From: a virus
Length of the DNA: 64,000 nt
Virus record (IMG/VR): IMGVR_UViG_3300025699_000004
Direction: 5' to 3' (one strand)
Below, one piece after another: positions 19,930-30,244 of the stretch (the stretch's first letter is position 1; every line of letters starts with the position of its first letter). A model generated the notes under the pieces. That model saw nothing but the letters and a program-made list of their open reading frames with translations, was not told where the DNA came from and did not search any database. The translations under genes and the position numbers were made by a program.

Positions 19930-20826
19930 ATGCCTAATTTCAATTCGAGTCCGTATCTATCTACTTCCCTTGTTGATGTTAGGGAAAATCCAAGGCATTA
20001 CTCCAAGAGCTTTTTGGAATTTGGGATAATTGCCAATTTGGGCCGAGGAGGGTTCTGCAACCAAATAATACAAATCGTACATGCCGAAAGCATTTCTCAA
20101 ATACTAAAGGAAGAGTTTTCTCGAAATGTTGATTATTACATAGGCAAATTCCCGAAACTGAAAAATAAAAATTTTAATAATGTTTTTTCTTACATAGATT
20201 CAGATAAAAGAATTGATTCAGGAGGCTCGTGCAACTTCTTCCTCCAAAGAGGTTGGGGCTTATTGGACGAGAAAGCGGCAAGTAGGGCTCACAGAGTTCT
20301 TCAAATAATGGGGGTAAAAATAAATAAAAAAGAATACATGAACAGGTATTCTGCAAATTTTAAAAAAATAAAATTTAAAAAAAATATACTAAAAGAAGCT
20401 GACGATTTTTCTTCGATAAATGATATCGACTTCGAGTTAACTTTGGGAATTCATTTAAGAACTAACGATCACGATCCTAAAAAAGGTAAATTTTTTAAGC
20501 GTAATGACTTTGATAAATGCATTTCGAGCATAAACAAAACACTTAAGCTTAAAAATTTAAAATGCGTCTATATCTCAGGAACGGACAGGACGAATCGAAA
20601 TTTCGACAATAAGGTGGGCCTACATAGCGAAGTTGTAAAATATTATAAAGATAAAAATATTAAAATTATTTCTGATAACGAAAGCTCCTACATAAGAGAT
20701 TCGCCCGAATGGATAAGGGACTTAATAATTTTATCAAAATGTAGATTTTCTACAGGACATCAGGCTTCTACTTTTAGTTTTCTTCCGTCCTTCCTTGGGG
20801 ATTCTGAATTTATACCTATAAAATGA
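19930..20826 (+). CDS. Fucosyltransferase-like GT-B enzyme (O-FucT/NodZ-like)
   Basis: GGFCNQI, GIHLRTND, DLIILSKC...STFS motifs. Confidence 0.7.
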   Translation: MPNFNSSPYLSTSLVDVRENPRHYSKSFLEFGIIANLGRGGFCNQIIQIVHAESISQILKEEFSRNVDYYIGKFPKLKNKNFNNVFSYIDSDKRIDSGGSCNFFLQRGWGLLDEKAASRAHRVLQIMGVKINKKEYMNRYSANFKKIKFKKNILKEADDFSSINDIDFELTLGIHLRTNDHDPKKGKFFKRNDFDKCISSINKTLKLKNLKCVYISGTDRTNRNFDNKVGLHSEVVKYYKDKNIKIISDNESSYIRDSPEWIRDLIILSKCRFSTGHQASTFSFLPSFLGDSEFIPIK

Positions 20827-21683
20827 AACTGGGTTTATGCTTCTTAATTAGAGATTCAATTAATCTAGAAAAGGAATTGTGGGTGAATTTCTTAAAAAAT
20901 GTTAACCGTGATTCTTTTGGAATCTATGTCCACCATAAGCATTTGGGAGAACATACAAATTTCGTGAGTGACCTGCCCAATGCAAAAGATTGTACCAATA
21001 TAATTCCCACTGCTAGAGGGTACCCTAGTTTAGTCGATGCAACTAGAAATCTTTTTTTAGATGCGTTTAACGATGGCTGCGATTATGCATATCTTATATC
21101 AGGAGACATGATTCCTCTTTGTAGCTTTGGTCAGTTACAAGAAATATCAAAAGAAACCCTGTTCCAGTTCTTAGAGACAAAAGATATAAAAAGATATTGC
21201 AATCATTGTAAAAAATTACTGGCAGATGACCATTTCGTAAGAAGAACTTTGTTTGTTTGGGAAAAAAGGTACGAAGAACACTACGAGAGGAATGCTAATT
21301 CTAGAATCAAAGAAATAGCCCCTTCTTTTCATGATTACAAAAAACAATTCATGTTTTTCGGAATGAATAAAGAGTCTTTTTTGAAAATAGAAAGTGATTA
21401 TAATTTTCCAAAATATAAAAAATTAAATGGTTGGCACTGGGGAATAGATGAATTTTACTGGATAAATATATGCAATTATTTAAATATTAAATATAAAAAA
21501 ATTGATAACTTATTATTTTGCAACAGAGATCCGATAGAAACTCAAGCCGAGCATATTGATTTTTGCAACTCATTTTCCAAAAACATCCGTAAGTTTTTCT
21601 TTGCTAGGAAGATAGCTTATATAGATAAAATTCAACAAGAAGAAATTATTAATATGTATAATAGTAAAAATATTAATTTATAA
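20823..21683 (+). CDS. Core-2/I-branching-type glycosyltransferase (GT14-like)
   Basis: LCFL, SLVDATRNLFLDA, LISGDMIPL motifs. Confidence 0.7.
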   Translation: MKLGLCFLIRDSINLEKELWVNFLKNVNRDSFGIYVHHKHLGEHTNFVSDLPNAKDCTNIIPTARGYPSLVDATRNLFLDAFNDGCDYAYLISGDMIPLCSFGQLQEISKETLFQFLETKDIKRYCNHCKKLLADDHFVRRTLFVWEKRYEEHYERNANSRIKEIAPSFHDYKKQFMFFGMNKESFLKIESDYNFPKYKKLNGWHWGIDEFYWINICNYLNIKYKKIDNLLFCNRDPIETQAEHIDFCNSFSKNIRKFFFARKIAYIDKIQQEEIINMYNSKNINL

Positions 21684-21701
21684 AGTGTATCTATATTATA
21701 T

Positions 21702-22568
21702 ATGCGAACTGTTTTTTGTTACTGGAACAGAGGGGTCAATTGCATGCCCCCTCCAATTAGAATAATTTACGAAAGAAATTGTAGATTACTGAAATCATTT
21801 GGGTTGAAATTCAGACTTGTTTCTGATGAGAATGCTTCTGAGTTTGTAGGAATTCTTCCTGATTTTTTTGAAAATCTTTCGCCCAATCATAAGAGTGATT
21901 TTTTAAGGTGGGAAATTCTTTATAAGCACGGAGGTGTTTGGCTGGATACCGATATTATTTTATACAAAGACATAACTCCTCTTTTTGAAAAACTTTATGA
22001 TTTTGATTCTGTGGATGTTTTATTAAATATAGAATACAGATCAAAAATACATAATATATTGCAGGAAAACTGTGTGGAAGAATTGGTGGTATACGAAGAT
22101 TTCTACATAAAGCCTGCTTGCTGTGTGGTTTTTGCGAAGCCAAAGTCAGATTTTATTAAATTCTGCAAAGAAAATACTTTAGAAAAAATAAGCTCCAGCC
22201 TTCACTTGGACTGGTGGGACATCGGACCGTGTATGATATCTAAAGCATATAGGAATAATAAATCTTTGGCATATATATTAAACAATTCAGAGATGGACGA
22301 GTTGGGCTTTAATGCTGTCACCTGGAAGGTGGACCTTAGCTTGCCTACTATTTTAAATAATTACCCTGGATATAATAAGTCTCAATGGTACGGCTCCCCA
22401 CCAACAGTCGCCCAGAAAGCAAAAAGAATGATCTTGAATGAAAATTTCTTTTATTTACCTATATGGTCTATACATAAAAGAAATAATGGAGACCAAAAGA
22501 ATATTGAAAGTGTATTATTTCAAGAGGAGAGATCTCTTTTTTATCAACTTAACAAACTGTCTAAATAA
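21702..22568 (+). CDS. GT32-like (capsular polysaccharide synthesis) glycosyltransferase
   Basis: HKSDFLRWEILYKHGGVWLDTD. Confidence 0.85.
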   Translation: MRTVFCYWNRGVNCMPPPIRIIYERNCRLLKSFGLKFRLVSDENASEFVGILPDFFENLSPNHKSDFLRWEILYKHGGVWLDTDIILYKDITPLFEKLYDFDSVDVLLNIEYRSKIHNILQENCVEELVVYEDFYIKPACCVVFAKPKSDFIKFCKENTLEKISSSLHLDWWDIGPCMISKAYRNNKSLAYILNNSEMDELGFNAVTWKVDLSLPTILNNYPGYNKSQWYGSPPTVAQKAKRMILNENFFYLPIWSIHKRNNGDQKNIESVLFQEERSLFYQLNKLSK

Positions 22569-24358
22569 TGAAATTAGGATTTTTAATATGGAAATTTCCA
22601 GCACAAGCCAACACTTTTATAGTTAATGAAATAAAAGAGTTTATTAAATCTGGAAGGCATGATTACCATATTTATTCTTTAGATAAACCAAGTTCTTATA
22701 CATTTGATATATTTAAAGAAGATTTAGATTTTATAGACCGTGATAAAATCACATATATAAAAAAGGAAGGGCTGATGATGGAAAAGATTATTCGCCTGTC
22801 AGAAGTTCCCTTTCACTCAAAACTAAAAGACTCAGATATCCATTCTGCTAAAGAGATTCATGACATTGAAGAAATCAAACATAAATCAATAGCCAATAAA
22901 TTTGCATTCTCTAATTTAGCCAAAAGAATACATGAGGATGGAGTAAAAGCTATTTACTCGCCTTTTGGTAATTATACTTCCGATATAGCTATGATGTTGA
23001 AAGTTCATTACGGAATACCTTATATGTTCTCTGTACATGCGTATGATTTATTCACCGAATTTAATTATCAGAAGCAAAAAGCTAAAACATGCCATAAAGC
23101 ACTTCCTATATCAGAATATAATAAAAAATATTTAAAAGATTTAGACTTCCCTTCTATAAAGACTACAGTTAAAAGGATAAATTTCAGAAGCGAGTCGAGC
23201 AGCATTGTTGAATATAAGTCGGAATATAAATATATTTTTTCCGCCAGCAGGCTTGACCCTATGAAAGGTTATGAATATTCTATAAAAGCTTTTTCTGAAT
23301 TTTTGAAATCTAATCCTGACTACCGTTATTACATAGCAGGAAGAGGCGATCAGGAATACGAATTGTTTTTAAAAAAAATTGTTAAGGATTTATCAATAGA
23401 GGATAAAGTTCATTTTTTAGGTTTCATAAGTAACGAGGAAGTTATTTCATATATAAAAGGAGCTCGATTTACAATTCTTTCCTCTGTTGAATTAAGTAAT
23501 AGCGATAAAGAGGGTATACCCACATTTTTTATAGAAAGTTTGTCGAACGGAATTCCTGCCATTGGATCAAAATTATCAGGTATACCTGAGTTGCTAAACG
23601 ATGATGTAGGGGGGTTATCCGAACAGGCTGATATTGATAGCATAGTGTATCAAATGGAAAGACTGGCTTCATTATTGAATAGGAAAATTGAAAAAAGAAA
23701 GATGAGAAGACAGTGCAGGATGAAGGTCTCTAGTATGTATGATAATCTTGCGAATATAAATATATTAAATGATACATTAGACTCATTGTCTGTAGAGGAT
23801 TTTTTCTGTTATAATAATTTAGAGCTAGACCCCTTTATTCCTATAGAAAATCCCGGTTTGGATAGTATCCTTTTAAATCAAAAACCTATTTCAAAAGATA
23901 AAACTTTTATCTATAATCCATACAATATTAAGATTTGGAAAATTGATAATTTTCCATATAAAAATATACAAGATTGTAATATCAATAAATATAAAAAACT
24001 TATAAATGAGAAGTATTCATGGTTTAATTATGAAGGAGGATGTGTTAAAGATTTAAAAACTTATTTTAATATTGTAAAAAATAGTAATAATATTATAATT
24101 AACAATGATCTTAGCTTTGTAATACTTAATCATTTATTCCCCAATAGTAAATTTATATTATATGTACCTGAAAATCTGGAATGGGTAAGAGAGAAAATGA
24201 TAAAGAATGGTTGGTGCCAGGGGGACTTAAAGGTTATAGATTCGACGGTTAAAGGCGGAGAAGCGGTTCTTGAATTAATGCAGAAATGCATGAAAAAAAT
24301 AATAGACGAAGATTCTCTAGAAATAATAAAAATAAATGACAAAGAGCTCGAAAGATAA
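22568..24358 (+). CDS. GT4 (WcaL-like) glycosyltransferase with extra C-terminal domain
   Basis: VHAYDLF, ASRLDPMKGYEY, DKEGIPTFFIESLSNGIPAIGSKLSGIPEL. Confidence 0.85.
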   Translation: MKLGFLIWKFPAQANTFIVNEIKEFIKSGRHDYHIYSLDKPSSYTFDIFKEDLDFIDRDKITYIKKEGLMMEKIIRLSEVPFHSKLKDSDIHSAKEIHDIEEIKHKSIANKFAFSNLAKRIHEDGVKAIYSPFGNYTSDIAMMLKVHYGIPYMFSVHAYDLFTEFNYQKQKAKTCHKALPISEYNKKYLKDLDFPSIKTTVKRINFRSESSSIVEYKSEYKYIFSASRLDPMKGYEYSIKAFSEFLKSNPDYRYYIAGRGDQEYELFLKKIVKDLSIEDKVHFLGFISNEEVISYIKGARFTILSSVELSNSDKEGIPTFFIESLSNGIPAIGSKLSGIPELLNDDVGGLSEQADIDSIVYQMERLASLLNRKIEKRKMRRQCRMKVSSMYDNLANINILNDTLDSLSVEDFFCYNNLELDPFIPIENPGLDSILLNQKPISKDKTFIYNPYNIKIWKIDNFPYKNIQDCNINKYKKLINEKYSWFNYEGGCVKDLKTYFNIVKNSNNIIINNDLSFVILNHLFPNSKFILYVPENLEWVREKMIKNGWCQGDLKVIDSTVKGGEAVLELMQKCMKKIIDEDSLEIIKINDKELER

Positions 24359-24863
24359 AGGTAATGCTTGGGAGCTTGAATTAGCTAAAATATTAGAAGA
24401 TAACTTTGAAGGAAAATTTAGTAGGACTCCTAGATCTGGCGCGATTTTTGGAGGGTCTAATGCAGAGAAAGCGGAAGGAGAAAGGGAAGATGTGGTTGAA
24501 ATACTTTCTGGAGACTTAATAACCCCCAAAGACTTTCCCTTCTTGGTGGAAGCCAAACACTATGAAGATTTTAAGTTCTCGCAAGTAATAAATGGTCAAA
24601 ACAAAGAGTTCGACGGATGGATAGATCAAGCTAGCACAGATGCGGAAAGATGCTCTAAACTTCCAATGATATTTTGTAAAATTAATTATATTGGAATATA
24701 TTGTATATTTGAATATAAGATATTATCATTAGATAGCGGTATTTGCCCTACTACATATTTCTCTAATCATTTAATATATAAAAGAAAATGGATAATGATA
24801 TCTATGGAAACTTTTTTAAATTATAAAAATATAATAGTTGATATGGCCAGACTTAAATCTTAA
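24336..24863 (+). CDS. Holliday junction resolvase (Hjc-like PD-(D/E)XK)
   Basis: SKDKGNAWE, RTPRSGA, GDLI, VEAKHY. Confidence 0.85.
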   Translation: MTKSSKDKGNAWELELAKILEDNFEGKFSRTPRSGAIFGGSNAEKAEGEREDVVEILSGDLITPKDFPFLVEAKHYEDFKFSQVINGQNKEFDGWIDQASTDAERCSKLPMIFCKINYIGIYCIFEYKILSLDSGICPTTYFSNHLIYKRKWIMISMETFLNYKNIIVDMARLKS

Positions 24864-25504
24864 GCGTTATTCCTCATTTGCCTTATAAGCCCAGAAAAAG
24901 AAGACCAGCCTGTGCCTTTGAACCTTTTAGCCCCTATGCACAAATACAAGTCTATAACAGAATCTTCTAAAGATGTGTGTCTGAATCCAGATTTTTGTAT
25001 AAATTTAATATATTTTATAAGAGGCGCGAATTTATCATAAAATATTTTCTGCGTTTCTAAATTATCTGTAGCTATATATAATGGCCTATCTTTATTATTA
25101 TCTATAAAATTAAAAAACAATTCGTCTGGTTGATATATATTTCTCTGCTTTCTTATTAATACATGATCTGTTCTTCTTATATGAACTGCATTGTAATCTA
25201 GCGATAGTTTGCCCTGAACCTCTTTAACTTTTTGCATAATTTCTTTCTTAACCTTTAGATCTTTATATAAAAACATTTTGTTAGCGTCGAAATTATGCCT
25301 ACATATACCGTAAGTAGGGCTAGATGTCGTATTATTAAAGAAAACTCCTTCTGGGGGCTCGAATAACTCCAGAAAGTGACCAGGGCAATCTTCGTCTGGG
25401 GTCCAATTAACAAAAAGCTCTTCTTTTTTCTGTTTACAATATTCCAGATGAGAAAAAAGGCTTCTTAGTCTGTTAGACAAACCTAAGTTTACGGTAATCT
25501 GCAT
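24860..25504 (-). CDS. Fucosyltransferase-like GT-B enzyme
   Basis: GLSNRLRS, AVHIRRTDH, YIATDN, DLYLC...SSFS. Confidence 0.75.
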   Translation of the reverse strand: MQITVNLGLSNRLRSLFSHLEYCKQKKEELFVNWTPDEDCPGHFLELFEPPEGVFFNNTTSSPTYGICRHNFDANKMFLYKDLKVKKEIMQKVKEVQGKLSLDYNAVHIRRTDHVLIRKQRNIYQPDELFFNFIDNNKDRPLYIATDNLETQKIFYDKFAPLIKYIKFIQKSGFRHTSLEDSVIDLYLCIGAKRFKGTGWSSFSGLIRQMRNNA

Positions 25505-25506
25505 TT

Positions 25507-26085
25507 TTAAAAATCATAAGGGAATAAATTTAAGTCTTGTTCAAATCTTTTTTCTATAATTTTTATTGTTTCTGAATTGTAATACTCTTTATAATTCCCT
25601 CTATTTGAAGAATTTATTTTTTTAATAGGTTGGCTGTATTCTATATTGTTCTTTTCACATATATATTTCATATCTTCATTTATAGTTTCTAATCTTCCTA
25701 CGTAATTCAAAGATATATTTTCCTTATTTAATAAAAAGCCTAATATCGATAAGGGGTCTTGAGTTGACCACTTTTCACCATCAACCGTTTTATTCTCCCA
25801 GTGATTAGGCAGCCCTTTTCTTACCCAGTGATCAAAACCCTGTTTGTTTTTAGGTTCGTATGGGTCGCCATGATGATGAAAATACCAAGAAACCATCCTG
25901 TCCCAAGGATTTCTTATAAAGGTGAACTTAAAGAACTTCTCTAGTTCGTCATAAGACAGGTCTGACGAATACTTTCTTAGTGTCTCGTGCCTAAGTCCAT
26001 TCCACCCAAAAAACCTCTCTATAGAGACTCCAGCGCATTTAGGAATATGTATAAAAATTAAGTTGGGATCTTTTTTTATCACCAC
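25507..26085 (-). CDS. Sulfotransferase (Sulfotransfer_2 family)
   Basis: FIHIPKCAGVSI (5'-PSB), RNPWDRMVSWY (3'-PB). Confidence 0.92.
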   Translation of the reverse strand: MVIKKDPNLIFIHIPKCAGVSIERFFGWNGLRHETLRKYSSDLSYDELEKFFKFTFIRNPWDRMVSWYFHHHGDPYEPKNKQGFDHWVRKGLPNHWENKTVDGEKWSTQDPLSILGFLLNKENISLNYVGRLETINEDMKYICEKNNIEYSQPIKKINSSNRGNYKEYYNSETIKIIEKRFEQDLNLFPYDF

Positions 26086-26100
26086 TTATTATAAAATAAA

Positions 26101-27429
26101 TTAGTGATATTTAAATAATTTCCTAATATCTCTTACGACATAACTTCCGAACCTATTATCATACCTATTGTCAAAAAGATAATTAGAAGGGTGTAGGGCT
26201 ATACATGTTCCATTTATAAAATTTTTAAAATTCATTCCTGGATCTTCTAGTAGTTGGTGCCATGTTAATCGATTTCCGCCAGTCCTGTAAGGAATCCTTA
26301 AGCTTAATTTAGGATTAAGTTGTATTGCTGAATTTTTCTTAACATATCTAATTTCTGAATTATGTATATGTATGCAATTTACAAAACCATGAAATCCTAT
26401 ATTATACAATTCAAGCCCTTCTAACTTCAATGCACTTAAAAATTGCTGCTCGCAATGAAGTGTTCCTAGGGGAAGTTCTGAGAAATTAGTAGTAATTAAA
26501 TCTGCGGTTTTTTTTGTAAAAGCCCATGCATCGGAACTGTAAGGAGGCATTCTGGAAGATTGTTCGCTATGTTCTCTTACTATTAATTTTCCCACTTTCT
26601 TCGTGCCATTTAATCTGCTGGATGGAACTATACTACCATCAGCCATCTCGTCTTGCCTAGTCATTGATAATAAAAACTTATCTGTGTAATTTATTTTTTT
26701 TAAAATACCCACCGTCTTATCAAAATAGCAATCTGAATTGCACAGTAAATAAACCGAATCGCCATTCCCATGATTTCTCGCGTATTTTAATGCAGCCTCA
26801 TAATTAAGTCTTACTGGAGACACTATTATGTCAACCTTTTTCTTCAAGGAACTCGGAATCCCTAGCTTTTTCAATAAAGAAATCGTACTATCCGAAATGA
26901 CTGAATTGTACCTCCTGCTAGGTTGATCCACAAAAATAACAATTTTATCAATCAGCTCATTTTTAACATTTAATAAAATGCTTTTTTTTAACTCATTAAA
27001 TCTTTCCTTGCTTTTTTCCGAGTATATAGAAGTTATTAATGTTATTTCTTGTTTAGAGTCTCTCGTTGGTACTTCCTGGTGATTAATTTTTTTAATTTTT
27101 ACCAAAGATTCTTTCTCAGTTAAATCAACTAAGCATTTTATGGTATTTTTCTCGACGTAATCTGCGTAAATTTTCCTAATTATTTTTTCGCAGGGTTCAG
27201 AAAATTTTTCTCCGTGAATATGACTTTCTATTAGAGGCCAAAGATATTCATTCTTCCATTTGATCGTAAAGTCGTTAGATAATATTTCTTCTACAGAATC
27301 CTTCGATAGTGCTTCTGGGTTGTTTTGAGCTATGGAAATAAGCACAGGTCTTATCTCGTGCAGCATGCTTATGAAATTATAACTTTCAGTTATGCTCCCG
27401 CAACATTCACATACATTAATCTTCCTCAT
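26101..27429 (-). CDS. Putative GT-A-fold glycosyltransferase with N-terminal extension
   Basis: YLLCNSDCYFD, SDAWAF, CIHIHNS; N-terminal CECC. Confidence 0.45.
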   Translation of the reverse strand: MRKINVCECCGSITESYNFISMLHEIRPVLISIAQNNPEALSKDSVEEILSNDFTIKWKNEYLWPLIESHIHGEKFSEPCEKIIRKIYADYVEKNTIKCLVDLTEKESLVKIKKINHQEVPTRDSKQEITLITSIYSEKSKERFNELKKSILLNVKNELIDKIVIFVDQPSRRYNSVISDSTISLLKKLGIPSSLKKKVDIIVSPVRLNYEAALKYARNHGNGDSVYLLCNSDCYFDKTVGILKKINYTDKFLLSMTRQDEMADGSIVPSSRLNGTKKVGKLIVREHSEQSSRMPPYSSDAWAFTKKTADLITTNFSELPLGTLHCEQQFLSALKLEGLELYNIGFHGFVNCIHIHNSEIRYVKKNSAIQLNPKLSLRIPYRTGGNRLTWHQLLEDPGMNFKNFINGTCIALHPSNYLFDNRYDNRFGSYVVRDIRKLFKYH

Positions 27430-27430
27430 T

Positions 27431-28045
27431 TTAAAAATTATAATTAAATCTCTTAATGTCTTCTTTGTATAATTTAGCTACTTCCTGCTGCGATTCTTTA
27501 TTGTAACAATCTTTGTAATTTATTTTTGGAGCTTTATGATTGTATTTCTTATGGTCAAACGGATTTTTTCTCTCCAAAGGTATATTCTTACCTATTTTTT
27601 GACAAATCGTTTCCCAGCTGCCCTTGAGATCCTCAAATCTTCCTATAAAATCTAAAGGTTCATCTAAAATATTTAAATATATCGAGTTTTTAATTGGATT
27701 GTCTTTTGAGGTGCTTATCGATCTATGATCAAATTCAAATCCATACCTATTAATTCTTTTTTTAAATCCACTTAAGTCAATTTTCCCATCTTCAATTTTT
27801 ACTTTGTAAAAATTAGGGAATCTAGCTAAAGATTTTGTCCTATCCCAGGGATTTCTAATTATAGTGAATTTAAAATAATCATCCCAATATTTTGAGTAAG
27901 CCTTTTTCGCGTCGCTTGCAAATATATGCTTTGTTTTTTTATCAATCAACCACCAGTCTTTTTTTACAAGACTTAGCTCTATACTGCTTCCTGCGCAACC
28001 AGGAATATGTATAAATATGCATTTATTCTTATGATCAATCATCAT
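27431..28045 (-). CDS. Sulfotransferase (Sulfotransfer_2 family)
   Basis: FIHIPGCAGSSI, RNPWDR, FIGRFEDL; start re-assigned to ATG after the GTGTA motif. Confidence 0.9.
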   Translation of the reverse strand: MMIDHKNKCIFIHIPGCAGSSIELSLVKKDWWLIDKKTKHIFASDAKKAYSKYWDDYFKFTIIRNPWDRTKSLARFPNFYKVKIEDGKIDLSGFKKRINRYGFEFDHRSISTSKDNPIKNSIYLNILDEPLDFIGRFEDLKGSWETICQKIGKNIPLERKNPFDHKKYNHKAPKINYKDCYNKESQQEVAKLYKEDIKRFNYNF

Positions 28046-28063
28046 AAGTATATACACTCTTAA

Positions 28064-28291
28064 TTAAATAACTTTAAATGAAATTTTATGTTTTTGGGAT
28101 TTTGGCGGATTAGAATATATAATGCAATCATTTTCCCAATGTAAATTTACGAAATCTTGCTCAAATAATCCGACATTGTGCATGAAATTGCAAATGCAAT
28201 ATAATCTTATTTCGTCAAAAATGTTCTCACTATTAGTTATTTTAAATTCATTTACGCAAATGTCCTCAAAGAGGACTTCTATTTTTCTCAT
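28064..28291 (-). CDS. Hypothetical protein
   Basis: 75-aa ORF packed in the operon. Confidence 0.55.
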   Translation of the reverse strand: MRKIEVLFEDICVNEFKITNSENIFDEIRLYCICNFMHNVGLFEQDFVNLHWENDCIIYSNPPKSQKHKISFKVI

Positions 28292-28303
28292 CTTAACTAC
28301 TCT

Positions 28304-28624
28304 TTAAACTTTTAACATTTCATTAAATTCTTTAAGGTCAACTCCCCCTCCATCTGTTAAAGAGGGGTATAGAACTTTGAACCATTCTTTTTTAAATTCC
28401 CGTTTTCTTCCTTTAAGCAATACCTTGCATTCTTTTATTTGACTTGATGTAATGCCGTTTAGAACAAGATCCCAAGCATGCTCTGCTGCAAAATGAAAAT
28501 ATGCATTTTCACCTCTTGTGAGAATCGGTATGCCATTTCTTACTTTGGGTAAAGTCAATGAAGTAGACTTACCTTGATGAAATCCATTTCCAGCATCCCT
28601 CAATACGAATTTTCCGTCTGTCAA
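28304..28624 (-). CDS. Hypothetical protein
   Basis: 106-aa ORF in the operon. Confidence 0.6.
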   Translation of the reverse strand: MTDGKFVLRDAGNGFHQGKSTSLTLPKVRNGIPILTRGENAYFHFAAEHAWDLVLNGITSSQIKECKVLLKGRKREFKKEWFKVLYPSLTDGGGVDLKEFNEMLKV

Positions 28625-28725
28625 TCCGACTTCAACTTCGAATTTTATATTTGAGTTATCCTCTCCCAGAAAACTGCCGTTCCATTCGATTTTTTATTCT
28701 CCAAACTCATGTTTATATTGCAATG

Positions 28726-29364
28726 TTATTCCCCAAATTTATATCCGAAATACTCGATGTCCTTTGCGTATTTTTGGGCAACGATTTGACGAGTTTCGTC
28801 ATCGTAGTATTCGGTATAGTGTTTATGTTTACTTTTGTTATTATGCGGAAGTTGTTGCCGTGGAATTCCAATTTTGTCGCAGACGGTATTAAAGTCTTCT
28901 TGGAGGTTTTCTGTTTTTCCGATGAAATCTAATAAATTATTTTGGTTTTTATCTTCGTAATATCTACTATACCCAAGGTAGCAAGAATTTCTTTTTTTAT
29001 ACTCAGACCGTATGAATGTATTAAAATCAATTAAAGAAAATTCTTTATATTTATTATACTGTTTTGCTGTAAAATCATATTTTGGGGATTCAGTTTTATG
29101 CACCTGCTTACACATGAACTCGTACCAGGATACTATTCTATCCCAGGGATTTCTGACAAATGAGAATTTAAAATACGAATTGAATTTTTTTGTGTCATTT
29201 ACAAATAGTTCCTTTTTAACTTCCGACGCAGTAGTGTGTGGATTTTTTTCGTTAAAATTGCCGTATCTTATATCGGAATACTGATTCAATCTGTTTCTTA
29301 TTGATACCGACCCAGTCTTTTCCATTGCAATATATACAAACTTATTTTTATGTGATATTATCAT
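28726..29364 (-). CDS. Sulfotransferase (Sulfotransfer_2 family)
   Basis: YIAMEKTGSVSI, RNPWDRIVSWY, KHKHYTEYYD...YFGYKFGE tail. Confidence 0.92.
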   Translation of the reverse strand: MIISHKNKFVYIAMEKTGSVSIRNRLNQYSDIRYGNFNEKNPHTTASEVKKELFVNDTKKFNSYFKFSFVRNPWDRIVSWYEFMCKQVHKTESPKYDFTAKQYNKYKEFSLIDFNTFIRSEYKKRNSCYLGYSRYYEDKNQNNLLDFIGKTENLQEDFNTVCDKIGIPRQQLPHNNKSKHKHYTEYYDDETRQIVAQKYAKDIEYFGYKFGE

Positions 29365-29367
29365 TTC

Positions 29368-30096
29368 TTATTCATGTTCGAGGAATTTTTGGATTGGTAG
29401 AGCAAAAAAACCATCGAATTTACTTACGGCTGGAAAGCTCCTAATTTGGTCGTAATGATAATCTCCGTGCAAGATAAGGTCTAGCAGACCATCCTCGCAG
29501 TTTTCATCTCCTTTGAAAGCCACATCATAGATAACATTTTCATTTAATACTTTAACAATTTTATTGTATTTGCTCCAAGTAGCGGGACATTCTTTTGCTC
29601 GTTTGATTAGATTTTTTTTTCCTTGACTGTTTTTTGGCAAATTATCAACGAGGTATTGCAAATCTGTTTGAGTATTGAGTGCAATTACATTATTTACTTT
29701 TAACAAACTTCCGAATAATAAACTTGCATAACCTCCCGCACTGCTCCCCATACATAACACTTTATCGTATTTAGCGAATTCTTTTCTCAGAAATGCAATA
29801 GTATGATTAATATTCTTTCCAATTCCATTAAGACTACCAAGATACCATTTACTTTGATTTCTTAAATACAATACATCAAAGTCGTTGCGTTTATATTTTA
29901 GTTCCATTAAACTTCTTTTTCTTTGAAAAAAGTCTTTTTCAGGTGCTCCATTGCTTGAAAAACTTACAATAAGTTTTTTGTTATTATCACCCACTTTAAC
30001 ATACGATATTTCAGTTGCTTCTTGTTTGTTAATATACTGCATCGCATCTTCATAATTGTTCATTTCCACCCTCTTGTATTTTGGTGATGTTATCAT
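29368..30096 (-). CDS. Alpha/beta-hydrolase fold protein
   Basis: MGSSAGGYASLLFG nucleophile elbow. Confidence 0.7.
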   Translation of the reverse strand: MITSPKYKRVEMNNYEDAMQYINKQEATEISYVKVGDNNKKLIVSFSSNGAPEKDFFQRKRSLMELKYKRNDFDVLYLRNQSKWYLGSLNGIGKNINHTIAFLRKEFAKYDKVLCMGSSAGGYASLLFGSLLKVNNVIALNTQTDLQYLVDNLPKNSQGKKNLIKRAKECPATWSKYNKIVKVLNENVIYDVAFKGDENCEDGLLDLILHGDYHYDQIRSFPAVSKFDGFFALPIQKFLEHE

Positions 30097-30099
30097 TTT

Positions 30100-30242
30100 A
30101 AATTTCCTTGATATAATATTTTTTAATATATTCTTCGTCCATAATTTCTGCTTCGTTTATTATGTCCACACATTCCATTTAATTTGTTGTCTAAAAAAGT
30201 AGATCCACTTCTTGGGGTCGATAATAATATTGTTGAATTCAT
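30100..30242 (-). pseudogene. Truncated/frameshifted Stf0-type sulfotransferase remnant
   Basis: ATG 30242 gives MNSTILLSTPRSGSTFLDNKLNGMCG... with stop at 30123; PAPS-binding loop PRSGST present; another frame continues VDIINEAE... Confidence 0.6.
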
Positions 30243-30244
30243 AT

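Noticed and set aside
28353-28366. boxA-like CTCTTTAACAG inside the 28304-28624 gene
   Set aside because: It is explained by S-L-T codons and has no adjacent promoter.
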